Source of the DNA: Patescibacteria group bacterium
GTDB taxonomy: Bacteria; Patescibacteriota; Patescibacteriia; 2-12-FULL-60-25
Direction of reading: 5' to 3'
Length of the DNA stretch: 64,000 bases
Assembly: GCA_031082005.1 (NCBI GenBank)
Contig: JAVHLR010000001.1
Span: 127,251-191,250 of the forward strand
Position 1 is the stretch's first letter; the number at the start of each line of letters is the position of its first letter. The translations under genes were made by a program, and so were the position numbers. The notes beneath the pieces were generated by a model. It ran no database searches. It was given only the letters and a program-made list of their open reading frames with translations, and was not told where the DNA came from. Shown one piece after another: positions 53,147-62,484 of the stretch.

Positions 53147-54199
53147 ATGTCTATGTGGCCATTTATTTCTCGTCCCAAAGCTTTTGCTATAGATTTTTCG
53201 GATGCTGCCTTACGCGTGCTTGAGGTCCGGGGTACATCACGTCCTCTGAAGATAAACACGTCGCTCAAGATCGGCATACCGGAAGGTCTGATCGAGGATG
53301 GGTTGATCAACGACCAGAAGGCCCTGGCTGATATCCTGGTGGAGAAACTGCATACAGCCCAACCGCGTCCGCCAAGTACCAAGAAAGTAGCGGCAGAACT
53401 GCCTGAATCGCAGATTTTTTTGCACCATTTTCAGCTTCCGAAGGAATTGAGCGGCGAGGACTTGGAGACCGCGCTTATCCAACAGGTCAACCAGACGATG
53501 CCTATCGAGCTGGAGAACATGGCCTGGGATTTTCAGCTGCTCCGGTCTTCGGATGAGGGGCACAACGTCCTGTTCGCCGCCGCACCCGCCGAAATCGTCG
53601 AAGCTTACGAACATACTTTAGCCTTGGCCGGTCTGGAGCTTGTCTCATTAGAACCAGAATCCCTGGCGCTCATCCGTTCCGTGATTGACGCGAAAACATC
53701 TTCACCCGAAGAGATGGTCCTGCTCATCGACATGGGAGGCAGAAGTACCTCGATGATCTTCGTGGTCAACGGGGAGATCCATCTCTCCGTCAGCCGTTCT
53801 GAAGGCGGCAACCTATTGACCGAGCGGATCGCCCAAAAACTCGATTTGACCAAAGCAAAGGCAGAAGACCTCAAGCTTTCCCAAGGCCTGAAAGACAATA
53901 GGTTGCACCCCATCGTCGCAGAAGTATTCCAGCCGATAAAAGATGAGATAGCGCAGGCCTCGTCATACCTGCAGGCCTCGATGGGTAAAAAACCGTCAAA
54001 AGTGTTGTTGGCTGGAGGAACTGCACAGCTGGAAGGGATTGATGCCCTGTTGCAGGAGATCCTGGGATTGCCGGTTGGCTTAGCCGAACCTCCGCTGACG
54101 ATCGGCGGCCAGAAGTCGTTGGAATGGTGCGCCGTATCAGGGGTCGCATTGCGTGCCTCCACGAACTTGCGGGGGATAAACTTCATTGAAGCCGCATAG
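53147..54199 (+). CDS. pilM: Type IV pilus assembly protein PilM
   Basis: AIDFS, LEPESLAL, IDMGGRST, LAGGTA actin-like motifs. Confidence 0.9.
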   Translation: MSMWPFISRPKAFAIDFSDAALRVLEVRGTSRPLKINTSLKIGIPEGLIEDGLINDQKALADILVEKLHTAQPRPPSTKKVAAELPESQIFLHHFQLPKELSGEDLETALIQQVNQTMPIELENMAWDFQLLRSSDEGHNVLFAAAPAEIVEAYEHTLALAGLELVSLEPESLALIRSVIDAKTSSPEEMVLLIDMGGRSTSMIFVVNGEIHLSVSRSEGGNLLTERIAQKLDLTKAKAEDLKLSQGLKDNRLHPIVAEVFQPIKDEIAQASSYLQASMGKKPSKVLLAGGTAQLEGIDALLQEILGLPVGLAEPPLTIGGQKSLEWCAVSGVALRASTNLRGINFIEAA

Positions 54200-54242
54200 C
54201 CGCGTGTGCTATAATGGCGTCATCATTATCTTTGAAACAAAT

Positions 54243-54704
54243 ATGAATCGAACAAACATCGTCCGCAAGGCCAAAGGCTTTACTCTTATTGAGGTGCTGT
54301 TAGTCATCGCGATCATAGCCATTTTGGCTTCCATCGTGATCATCGCCATTAACCCGGCTCGTCAGATCGCCCAGGCCAACAATGCCCAGCGTCGCAGCAA
54401 CGTAAATACGATCCTGAATGCGGTCCATCAATACGCCATCGACCATCGCGGAGCGCTCCCGACAACCGTCAGCACAACTGCGAGTTTCGTCTGCCAGACC
54501 GGTGCAGCTGTAACTACTACTTGTACCGATTTGAGCGTTTTGACCAACGACCAACTTTACATCGCCAGCTTGCCCATAGATCCTTCCACCACATCTACCG
54601 TTGATACGGGCTATAGGATCTCCAAGAGTACGAGCACGAATGCGCGCATCACGGTCACAGCGCCATACGCGGAACTCGAAGAGACGATTTCGGTCCTGCG
54701 CTAA
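54243..54704 (+). CDS. Probable major type IV pilin
   Basis: KG/FTLIEVLLVIAIIAILA, INP, LPIDP; own TGnTATAAT upstream. Confidence 0.88.
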   Translation: MNRTNIVRKAKGFTLIEVLLVIAIIAILASIVIIAINPARQIAQANNAQRRSNVNTILNAVHQYAIDHRGALPTTVSTTASFVCQTGAAVTTTCTDLSVLTNDQLYIASLPIDPSTTSTVDTGYRISKSTSTNARITVTAPYAELEETISVLR

Positions 54705-54718
54705 AAAATTTGCACATA

Positions 54719-54754
54719 AAACATAAAAATCCCCAAACGGGGATTTTTATGTTT
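54719..54754 (+). terminator. Pilus operon terminator
   Basis: aaacataaaaatcccc-aaac-ggggatttttatgttt perfect stem. Confidence 0.8.
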
Positions 54755-54794
54755 GGACTTTGCTTTCACGGATTTATGAGGTTAAGATAGCGCC

Positions 54795-56039
54795 ATGCGC
54801 ATCATCGCTGATCTCCATCTTCATTCTAAGTGGTCCAGAGCGTGCTCCCAGGATCTGGCTTTGCCGAACATCGCCAAAGCTTGCGAACGGAAAGGGATCG
54901 ATTTGGTCGGTACGGCTGACGCTTTGCACCCAAAATGGTCCTCCGATATCAAAGAGCTGCTCGTCGAATCCGGAACAGGAGTTTTTTCATTGAAAGACGG
55001 CTCTTCTCCGACGCGTTTCCTGCTGACGGTCGAGGTTTCCAGTATCTATAAACGCGGCGGAAAAGTGCGTCGCGTCCATCATGTCCTGCTCTTCCCAGGA
55101 TTGGAGGCTTTGGATGCGTTCTCCCGTAAACTTTCGGATAGGGGAGTGAATTTGAAGAGCGACGGTCGTCCCATCATGGGGTTGGATTCCGAGGAACTGT
55201 TGAAGTTGTTGTTGGACGCGGATGAAAATTGCTTGTTGATTCCGGCACACGCTTGGACGCCTTGGTTTTCCATCTTCGGATCTAAGTCAGGCTTCGACAG
55301 CATTGAAGAATGTTTCGGTGATATGTCGAAATACATCTACGCCATCGAAACTGGGTTGTCATCCGACCCCTTGATGAACTGGAGGCTCTCCGCCTTGGAT
55401 CATGTTTTCCTCGTTTCGAATTCCGACGCGCATTCCTGCGCCAACCTGGGTCGTGAAGCGAATGTGTTCGATATGGAGCGAGTCGATTATCCGGAACTAT
55501 GGCGGATCATAGTCGAACACGATACCGCTCGTTTCATCGAGACGTTGGAATTTTTTCCTGAAGAAGGCAAATATCATGCCGACGGCCATCGCGATTGTAG
55601 CTTCTGGTGTTTACCCGAAGAGACGAAGAAGAATCACGGCATTTGTCCCAAGTGCGGTAAACCTCTGACTATCGGTGTGTTGAACCGTGTAGCTGAATTG
55701 GCTGACCGCCCGCCTGATCCGGTGAGGCCCTCTGGATCAGCGCCTTTCCGTTCGATCGTCCCACTCGCCGAGGTAGTCGCTGGTTCTTTGGGTGTCTCGA
55801 AAGCATCGAAGAAAGTCGTCTTGGCCCTGGAGAATCTCTTGTCGTCCGGTCGCACAGAATTCGGCATTTTACTTGATTATCCCGAGGAAAGCCTCGTATC
55901 TTTTGCCTCGCCTGAACTGGTTTCCGCCATCATGAGTATGCGCCAGGGAAAAGTCGAGATACGCCCTGGCTATGATGGGGAATTCGGTCTGGTCAACGTC
56001 ATGAGCGGCAAGCAGAGAGTCCAAGCGAACTTGCTCTGA
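54795..56039 (+). CDS. Endonuclease Q family (PHP domain + Zn finger)
   Basis: ADLHLHSKWS, PAHAWTPW, ETGLSSD, NSDAHS, GREA, GKYH, CPKCG, PGYDGEFG. Confidence 0.9.
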   Translation: MRIIADLHLHSKWSRACSQDLALPNIAKACERKGIDLVGTADALHPKWSSDIKELLVESGTGVFSLKDGSSPTRFLLTVEVSSIYKRGGKVRRVHHVLLFPGLEALDAFSRKLSDRGVNLKSDGRPIMGLDSEELLKLLLDADENCLLIPAHAWTPWFSIFGSKSGFDSIEECFGDMSKYIYAIETGLSSDPLMNWRLSALDHVFLVSNSDAHSCANLGREANVFDMERVDYPELWRIIVEHDTARFIETLEFFPEEGKYHADGHRDCSFWCLPEETKKNHGICPKCGKPLTIGVLNRVAELADRPPDPVRPSGSAPFRSIVPLAEVVAGSLGVSKASKKVVLALENLLSSGRTEFGILLDYPEESLVSFASPELVSAIMSMRQGKVEIRPGYDGEFGLVNVMSGKQRVQANLL

Positions 56040-56111
56040 TACGAATATTCAGGTCGAAACAAAAACACCCCCAGAATTCTCAGGGGATGTTTTTCCTCCT
56101 TTCGAAGAAAA

Positions 56112-56201
56112 CTATTTCTTCTTTTTGGTGGCTTTCTTTTTGGTCTTCTTTGCGGCCTTCTTCTTAGGAGCGGCCTTCTTGGCTTTCTTCTTCGCTGGCA
56201 T
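56112..56201 (-). CDS. 29-aa Lys/Ala-rich histone H1-like peptide
   Basis: MPAKKKAKKAAPKKKAAKKTKKKATKKKK; perfect AGGAGGT SD 8 nt upstream; TGnTATACT promoter; hairpin downstream. Confidence 0.75.
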   Translation of the reverse strand: MPAKKKAKKAAPKKKAAKKTKKKATKKKK

Positions 56202-56395
56202 GGTTATCGACCTCCTTTCTATGTTAGGTTTTCGTCTCGGATTTTTCCTGGACGATGTCGCTTATTACGCTACGGCGCGCAAACTACGAACATGACATAA
56301 GTATAACATATTTTTTCAGTGTCAAGTAGATTTTATTTCTTTGTCAAGAGCTGATGCATGATGCGGAAATAAAATATCTCCATTGACGTATGGAA

Positions 56396-57115
56396 TCAAT
56401 CCTTGAATTTCATGGTGGAGAGTATCTCCAGCGCAGGAATTTTCTGCTTCGGGATTTCTTTCATCCAGACAAGGAATTTTTTTTCTCCCAAGAATGAGAT
56501 GGAATAGACGTGCAGCGTATTCCTCGTATCATTTTTTGCGACGCCGGATGTGCCGGTGACCAGGTGGCCCTTGAGGTTATATGAAACGGTATTGGAGGCC
56601 TGTAAAGTAGCCAACAGCTCCGTTTCCAGCCTGAAATCATATGGGTAAACCGCGATGCTTCTGCGATCAGTCGCGCTTATTTCGGCGGGGTTCGGCGTCC
56701 CCTGGGACAAGATCAAAGCGGTGCCGTCGTTGGAGTCTAAGGAAAAGCCGGTTGGATAACGGATGCTGATCCCCAAGTCGGTGTTGAGGGCTTCTTGCCA
56801 GCCTTTCGTCATCGCCGAAGACGGTTCATCCAACACGACGGAGGATGCAAGTTGGAGCCGTTCGTCTTCCATGAGCTTTATGAGCTCTTGCGCTTTAGTG
56901 ACCTCTTCATTCGCCGCACGAAGTTTGAGGCTCGCTTCATCCATCGATTTTTTCGTTTCTTCCTGTGTCTGTTCGAATTGTTTCTTCGCTTCAAGCGCGC
57001 TTGCCTCTAAACGCCGTCTGTCGTCGTTGGATTTTTTCAGGAAGATGCCGAGGCTGATACCGGCGGCTAATGCGCCGATGAGGATTGAAAGTATGACTGA
57101 TGAATATCGTCTCAT
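56396..57115 (-). CDS. Membrane-anchored coiled-coil hypothetical protein
   Basis: N-terminal TM, coiled coil, GISIRYP (PsbP-like start). Confidence 0.65.
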   Translation of the reverse strand: MRRYSSVILSILIGALAAGISLGIFLKKSNDDRRRLEASALEAKKQFEQTQEETKKSMDEASLKLRAANEEVTKAQELIKLMEDERLQLASSVVLDEPSSAMTKGWQEALNTDLGISIRYPTGFSLDSNDGTALILSQGTPNPAEISATDRRSIAVYPYDFRLETELLATLQASNTVSYNLKGHLVTGTSGVAKNDTRNTLHVYSISFLGEKKFLVWMKEIPKQKIPALEILSTMKFKD

Positions 57116-57431
57116 TGAATCAGTTTAACCTAAACGCTGTCTGCAAGGAAGTAGAATAGAAAAAAGACTTTTCTGTTTTTGCGTTTCCATCTGTACACGG
57201 CGAATCGTGGATGTCTTCATCAAAAAATTCCGTATGTATCGACTCAACTTATTCGTCTCCGCGACATATCATCTTGCACATACAGCCTTTACATCCCTCC
57301 AGCAGCTCGTTCGAAGAGAACGTGGGAAGAAGAAATATTTTGGCTAATTTTAGGCATTTTTCTTGGACTGACTTTTCTATATTATCTGACCCCAGTCTGT
57401 ATTCGGCCGACGACACATGTCAGCCGTTCTC

Positions 57432-57460
57432 TTGACAATAAGCTAAATCAGTAGTATGTT
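57432..57460 (+). promoter_or_regulatory. Promoter with no credible downstream CDS
   Basis: TTGACA-17-TATGTT. Confidence 0.65.
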
Positions 57461-57466
57461 GGAGCT

Positions 57467-57898
57467 GTCATCCCGGGAAGTCCCCCGGGCGCCAACAGGA
57501 GAGCAGTAATGCTCGAGCAACCCGTGGGAATGGGTTGGATGAGGAAACGCTGGAAGAACCAGTCGTATGCCAAAGAATAAGGGCGATCGCTTGCGGGAAA
57601 CGTCTCGCGGGGACGTCAAACTCATCAGGCCTACGCTTGGTAAGCGGCCAAAAAGTTTATGCCTCGGTAAGCCGAGGTATTGGCGCCCAGGACGACACGG
57701 TAGTGACTTCGATCCTTGACGGGCGCCTGTCATAGGCCGCCTTCAGCAGACTTCATTCATCCTTGACCACCATGCAGCAACATGGAGGTAGGAGAATGCA
57801 TTCCTGAATAAAAAATGAGGCGCCACCCCATGGGTGACGCCGACAACACGGCTCCGTGTGACCCCAGGCTGCAGCTTACGCCTGGGGTCCTCTTTTTT
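57467..57898 (+). ncRNA. Candidate large structured ncRNA, family unassigned
   Basis: Nested long-range helices, serial tetraloop hairpins, promoter upstream and terminator at 57860-57898. Confidence 0.55.
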
Positions 57899-58637
57899 CT
57901 ATCAGATTCTTTCCTGTCATGCCGAGCTTCATGAGCTCGCGCAACGTTTGGGCTAATTCTTTGCTTTCGATCAGGATGCTGATCAGCTTGCCTTTGAAGG
58001 TATACATGGCGATCTTGTCGCCATAAACAGCGATATCTCCGGAAAAATCGAACCCTTGCGGCAATAGATGAGCTTCGGTATAAGGGCGCATGCTGAACTC
58101 CGGTTTGGCGATATAGATGCCTTTGGTCTTGACCTTCTTGCGGTTCAGTTCGTCCCGCAGATCCTTCAGGCCGACCCAATCAGGGAAAATGTTTTTGACC
58201 GCCTCGATATTCGCGATCTCGTAGATGACTTCACAGTCGCTGGAAGCGATGTCGCCAGCGATGGCTTTGACGCCCTCTTCTCCTTCGAACAATTTCACGA
58301 CCGGCTTCTCTCCGCGCTGCAACAGACGCAAATCCTGTATGCCGGTTTCGACTTCCTTGAGCGTGCTCTCCATCTCCTTCATGCGTGATTGGACGAATGA
58401 GATGAGGCGTTCCGGTGACTCCGCCGTGTAGTTTGTTTTTTTGCCTTTCTGTACCTGGCTCATCAGACCTCGCTCCGCCAACGATTCGATGACGGCATAT
58501 GTCGTCACGCGCGAAACTTTGGCTTTGCGTGCGATATCCTGGACCGAGGCCGGACCCATCTCAAGCGAGATGAGATAAATTTTAGCTTCACTGTCCGTGA
58601 AACCAAGGGATTTGAGGAGGATGTTCCATTGTGTCAT
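57876..58637 (-). CDS. TrmB-family transcriptional regulator
   Basis: LGFTDSEAKIYL, SRVTTYAVIESL, PVVKLFEGEEG. Confidence 0.9.
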   Translation of the reverse strand: MTQWNILLKSLGFTDSEAKIYLISLEMGPASVQDIARKAKVSRVTTYAVIESLAERGLMSQVQKGKKTNYTAESPERLISFVQSRMKEMESTLKEVETGIQDLRLLQRGEKPVVKLFEGEEGVKAIAGDIASSDCEVIYEIANIEAVKNIFPDWVGLKDLRDELNRKKVKTKGIYIAKPEFSMRPYTEAHLLPQGFDFSGDIAVYGDKIAMYTFKGKLISILIESKELAQTLRELMKLGMTGKNLIEKRGPQA

Positions 58638-58659
58638 ACGTCAAGACTATAGCTTAAAT

Positions 58660-59985
58660 CTATGTTTTTTTCAATATTAACGACAATTCCTCCCTCACGA
58701 CCTCCCGATCGTCCCACGGGCTTGCCACGCCGCCGATGACGATGGATTGTTCCGCTCCCTTGCCTGTTATCAGTACGACGTCGTTCGGCTGAGCGAGTTC
58801 CAACGCTTTGCGGATGCCCGTACGGCGATCCAGGATGACGAACAGGTCCAGCTCCCTGATTTTCCCTGCTGCTTCGGCAGCTACCGCAATGTCTTCGGCG
58901 ATCGGCAACGGTTCATCTTCGTACGGATCGACGTTGCTGCAGATCACATGGTCGGCCATCTTTCCCGCCAACTCACCCATGATCGGACGTTTTGCCTTAT
59001 CGCGTCCTCCACCTTCTGCGCCCAACAACACGATTATCTTTCCGCCGGTGTTCCGGGTGATGGCCTGCGCGGTCTTGAGGACTGCAGTCATGCTTTCTTT
59101 TTCGTGCGCGTAGTCCACGAACAGTGTGTACGGCTGTCCCAGCGATATCTTCTCCATCCTTCCGGGGATAAGTGTCAAAGCATCGAAACCTTTTTGGATC
59201 GCTTCTCGCGTCGCTCCGAATTCCTTGGCCGCGATGATCGCGGGCAAGGCGTTCATCACGTTGAACTCTCCGATGACGCGTAAAGTGTAGTCCTCGCCTT
59301 TGATGTCGAATGACACGCCATCCGGTGTGGTCGAGATGTCTTGTGCCTTGAAATCACTCGTTTCGCCTAGGCCGTAGGTGATTCGTTTATCCGCAGGAAA
59401 AGACAGGAAATACTCCTTATGCGGGCTGTCGCTGTTGATTATCGTAGTTTTTTTCAGCTCCTTGCCGGTGATGGTTTTGCGCGCGCTCTTCATCAACTCC
59501 ACGAACATCTTGCCCTTTGCGGCTTTGTAGTTCTCGAAACTTCCGCCATGTGACGGCAGATGCTCCGGCGTCAGGTTGGTGAATATGGCGAAGTCATAGG
59601 CGATACCCTTGTGCCGCCACTTCACGATGCCTTCCGAAGTCGTCTCGAACACACAGTGCGTACAGCCTGCCTTCACCATGTCCGAAAATATCTTCTGCAT
59701 CACCAACGGTCCAGGCATGGTCATGTGGTATTTGTTCATCTCTTCTTTCTCTCCAATGCGCACGTTCGCCGTACCGACCAGACCCGTCTTGAATCCCGCT
59801 CCGGTCAGCGCCGCCCAGACGAAATTCGCGGTCGTAGTCTTGCCCTTGGTACCCGTGACGCCGATCATAGCCATCTTCTTGGACGGAAAACCGTACAACG
59901 CAGCGGCAGCATAGGCGAGGAAAAAGTGGTATGCGGAAAGCAGCCAACCAGGCGAAAACTTTTTCAGGATTTTTTTGGGGTTCAT
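58660..59985 (-). CDS. murE: UDP-MurNAc-tripeptide synthetase, N-terminal domain absent
   Basis: GVTGTKGKTTT, FTNLTPEHL, PGRME, VDYAH, RDKAKRP, ITGKG. Confidence 0.9.
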   Translation of the reverse strand: MNPKKILKKFSPGWLLSAYHFFLAYAAAALYGFPSKKMAMIGVTGTKGKTTTANFVWAALTGAGFKTGLVGTANVRIGEKEEMNKYHMTMPGPLVMQKIFSDMVKAGCTHCVFETTSEGIVKWRHKGIAYDFAIFTNLTPEHLPSHGGSFENYKAAKGKMFVELMKSARKTITGKELKKTTIINSDSPHKEYFLSFPADKRITYGLGETSDFKAQDISTTPDGVSFDIKGEDYTLRVIGEFNVMNALPAIIAAKEFGATREAIQKGFDALTLIPGRMEKISLGQPYTLFVDYAHEKESMTAVLKTAQAITRNTGGKIIVLLGAEGGGRDKAKRPIMGELAGKMADHVICSNVDPYEDEPLPIAEDIAVAAEAAGKIRELDLFVILDRRTGIRKALELAQPNDVVLITGKGAEQSIVIGGVASPWDDREVVREELSLILKKT

Positions 59986-59987
59986 AA

Positions 59988-61253
59988 TTATTTTTTATGT
60001 CTTGGACGATGAGGCTTTCGTGGTACCTCCGCCGATGTCAACGAACGTATGGGATTGTTCCGGAACATGATCTGGTAGATGATCCAAATGACTAAGATGG
60101 GGAGCGCCCCGACCGCGATCGTCCAGCTGCTTCCGATTAATCCATAGAGCACGCCTGCTAGCATGGGACCGATAGCCCAACCCAGGTCTTCCGCAAGATT
60201 GATGACGCCCGAAACCGCCCCATCTTGGGCATGTTCCCTATCTAAAGCATGCATCCACGACCATAACGAGATACCAGCCATTTCATCGCCCGTAGTGGCC
60301 AGGAAACCAAAGAGCAAAAAGAGCCACCCATAATTAAAGCCCAGCAGCATGCCGCTCACGGAGAAGATGAGGAGCCCGAAGAAGATCAGGGTTCTTTTTT
60401 CCACCTTATCGGCCAGGTTGCCCAACGCATAGCCCAACACGACTACCGCAAAATCGAAAACACCCAGCCCCAGCCCCAGCATCCCGGTATTCGCTTGATG
60501 GGCGATCACGAGCGGCACGACGAACCAGATGATTCCGTAAAAGATGGAGGAACTAAGGTTGAGCATGAGCAGGAGTGAGCTGGCCGGATTCAATTTCTTG
60601 ATCGCTCGTAATACGTCACGCAGGTAATGCCTGCGGATATAGTAGTGGTGCGTCTCCAGTTTTTTCTCTGCATGCACCGAGACCGTATCTTTCGGACTGA
60701 AGAACAAGGCGACCAGCGCTGCCGCCAGCACGATCAGGATGGTGGAGCCGATAGCCTGTGGAGCGAATAACAGCACAAAGGGTAGGATTGCGCTGGAGAA
60801 AACTACGCCGAGCGAACCCGCCATGTCGCGCAACGACATGAACCTACCGGCGTTCGATTTCTCTGCCTGCGACAAGGCATAAGCATTCACGCCCGGGCCG
60901 AAGAAGAGCCAGCCTGCAGTGGCCATGACAAGGCTCATGATGTAGGTGACTGTCGTCAGCCCGAAAACGATGCACACGGCGGCCAAGATGAAGAAGAAAG
61001 TGGTGAGCTTGAGCAACTTCAGATAACCGAATCGATCCAACAAATACCCCGCAGGAACGTCCAATAGCAGTTGTATCAACGACCCTCCACCCATCAGCAG
61101 ACCGACGATCCAGAGGGGGAGGAGCCGCTCTCCCAGCGGGGAAATGAGTGAATAGTGCAGTGCACCCCCGAATTTAAAGAAAACCAGGAAAATCCAGAAG
61201 GGGAGGAAGCGCAGGAGGATGCCCTTTGTACGATGGTTCGTGATGGTGCTCAT
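59988..61253 (-). CDS. MFS transporter
   Basis: 12 hydrophobic segments; GYLLDRFG and GNLADKVEKR motif A. Confidence 0.88.
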   Translation of the reverse strand: MSTITNHRTKGILLRFLPFWIFLVFFKFGGALHYSLISPLGERLLPLWIVGLLMGGGSLIQLLLDVPAGYLLDRFGYLKLLKLTTFFFILAAVCIVFGLTTVTYIMSLVMATAGWLFFGPGVNAYALSQAEKSNAGRFMSLRDMAGSLGVVFSSAILPFVLLFAPQAIGSTILIVLAAALVALFFSPKDTVSVHAEKKLETHHYYIRRHYLRDVLRAIKKLNPASSLLLMLNLSSSIFYGIIWFVVPLVIAHQANTGMLGLGLGVFDFAVVVLGYALGNLADKVEKRTLIFFGLLIFSVSGMLLGFNYGWLFLLFGFLATTGDEMAGISLWSWMHALDREHAQDGAVSGVINLAEDLGWAIGPMLAGVLYGLIGSSWTIAVGALPILVIWIIYQIMFRNNPIRSLTSAEVPRKPHRPRHKK

Positions 61254-61334
61254 GGCAGTAAACGTCTGGTTGAATAGTAAATTAAGACGCCTTTCCGGGC
61301 AATGGCTTGGCGTTTTTCTGCATTCAACCCTCCT

Positions 61335-61413
61335 GTCATCCCGGCCTCCGAGTCGGGATCTACCCTCCACCTCTGTCATTGCGAGCGTGCAGACTGACCA
61401 CACGCGGCAATCT
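61335..61413 (+). repeat. Two GTCAT-type REP-like palindromes
   Basis: gtcatcccggcctccgagtcgggatct and gtcattgcgag...gcggcaatct. Confidence 0.75.
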
Positions 61414-62338
61414 ACCCCTCAAAAGCTGCTTTCAACAGCGGCACGATCTGTTTCCGCATGATTACGTCAGGCCGTTCAGCTACGTTGCCCGCGAATCTGA
61501 CGCTCAAGACTTTTTCCAATAGCATTTTCGTTCCTTCTTCGTGTGTAACAAAATAATTCCTCGCATTTTCGAGTTCGATCAAATTCAAGAAGATGAAATC
61601 CAGATTTATGTCAGTTTTAATTTTTTCGAGCGATTGTAGGATTTCTTCGTATCTCTCATTAATTAGTTTTTTCGCTCCGATGATTTCTAATTGGGCGATG
61701 CCGACTTTTTTCGCACCCATTTCGAACCAGGCGAAATCCCCCTCGAGCCTCTCGATTAGTTTGCTGCCCGACAAATCAGATTTTGCGGCAAATAGTTCTT
61801 TCCAGAACCCGTCCGGTAGTCTGGCGGTTCCATTCAGCCTTGCGAACGCAGTTTTGTCCCTTTCCGTGGTCACGTTACCCTTGAAATTCAATGTATTCGA
61901 TATGATCGCGGCACAGACGAGCTCTGCCGATTCTCGGGAAATCTCGATTTCATTATTCATGAACTTTTCCGCGACCAAAGTCGCTGCCGCACCCACAAAC
62001 TCTATCTGGACTTTGGCGTTAGGGAACTTTTCAGCCTGATGTATTTTGCGATGGTCGATTATCTCGATGACTTTTTCCGGTGCGATCCTGCCTTCCAAGC
62101 CGATCAAGTCGCTTGAGTCCACCAATATGACTACATCGAAGTCATCCGCGTTCTCTATCGCCATCGGCCGCTTAATATTGAAGCGGTCACAAACGTACTT
62201 AGCCTCGTCATGTATATCACCTATAACCCCTGCAACGACGCTACGTTCGGGCTTATCCAGGAATTCAGCATAAGCAACCGCTCCAGCAACGCCGTCGAGG
62301 TCTGGATTCACATAGCAAGTGACGAGTACGGGTTTCAT
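61412..62338 (-). CDS. ppaC: Mn-dependent inorganic pyrophosphatase-like (DHH/DHHA2)
   Basis: NPDLD, VILVD, IIDHR, VGAAAT, RKQIVP; several canonical His/Asp substituted. Confidence 0.8.
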   Translation of the reverse strand: MKPVLVTCYVNPDLDGVAGAVAYAEFLDKPERSVVAGVIGDIHDEAKYVCDRFNIKRPMAIENADDFDVVILVDSSDLIGLEGRIAPEKVIEIIDHRKIHQAEKFPNAKVQIEFVGAAATLVAEKFMNNEIEISRESAELVCAAIISNTLNFKGNVTTERDKTAFARLNGTARLPDGFWKELFAAKSDLSGSKLIERLEGDFAWFEMGAKKVGIAQLEIIGAKKLINERYEEILQSLEKIKTDINLDFIFLNLIELENARNYFVTHEEGTKMLLEKVLSVRFAGNVAERPDVIMRKQIVPLLKAAFEG

Positions 62339-62484
62339 ATATGGATTTGTAGCAAGAATTCAGGGCAAAAACAATAATTGGCCAGTAAGTTAAATACAAT
62401 TCCATAAGATAAAAAAAGCTAATTTAAGACCTTTCTGCTTTCAGTGATTGACAGTAAAGGCATTTTATTATAGGTAGAGCAATT

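Noticed and set aside
57467..57898. Calling this RNA tmRNA, SRP RNA, a riboswitch or canonical rnpB; also ORFs 57443..57733 and 57535..57735
   Set aside because: No tRNA-like acceptor/T arm, no SRP CAGG..GGAAGG..AGCAG motif, no downstream same-strand gene, RNase P P4 pairing not found; the ORFs lack protein-like features
61254..61403. N-terminal 50 aa of the MFS ORF as given in the track
   Set aside because: It is translation through the REP-like palindromes; the ATG at 61253 gives a normal MFS start
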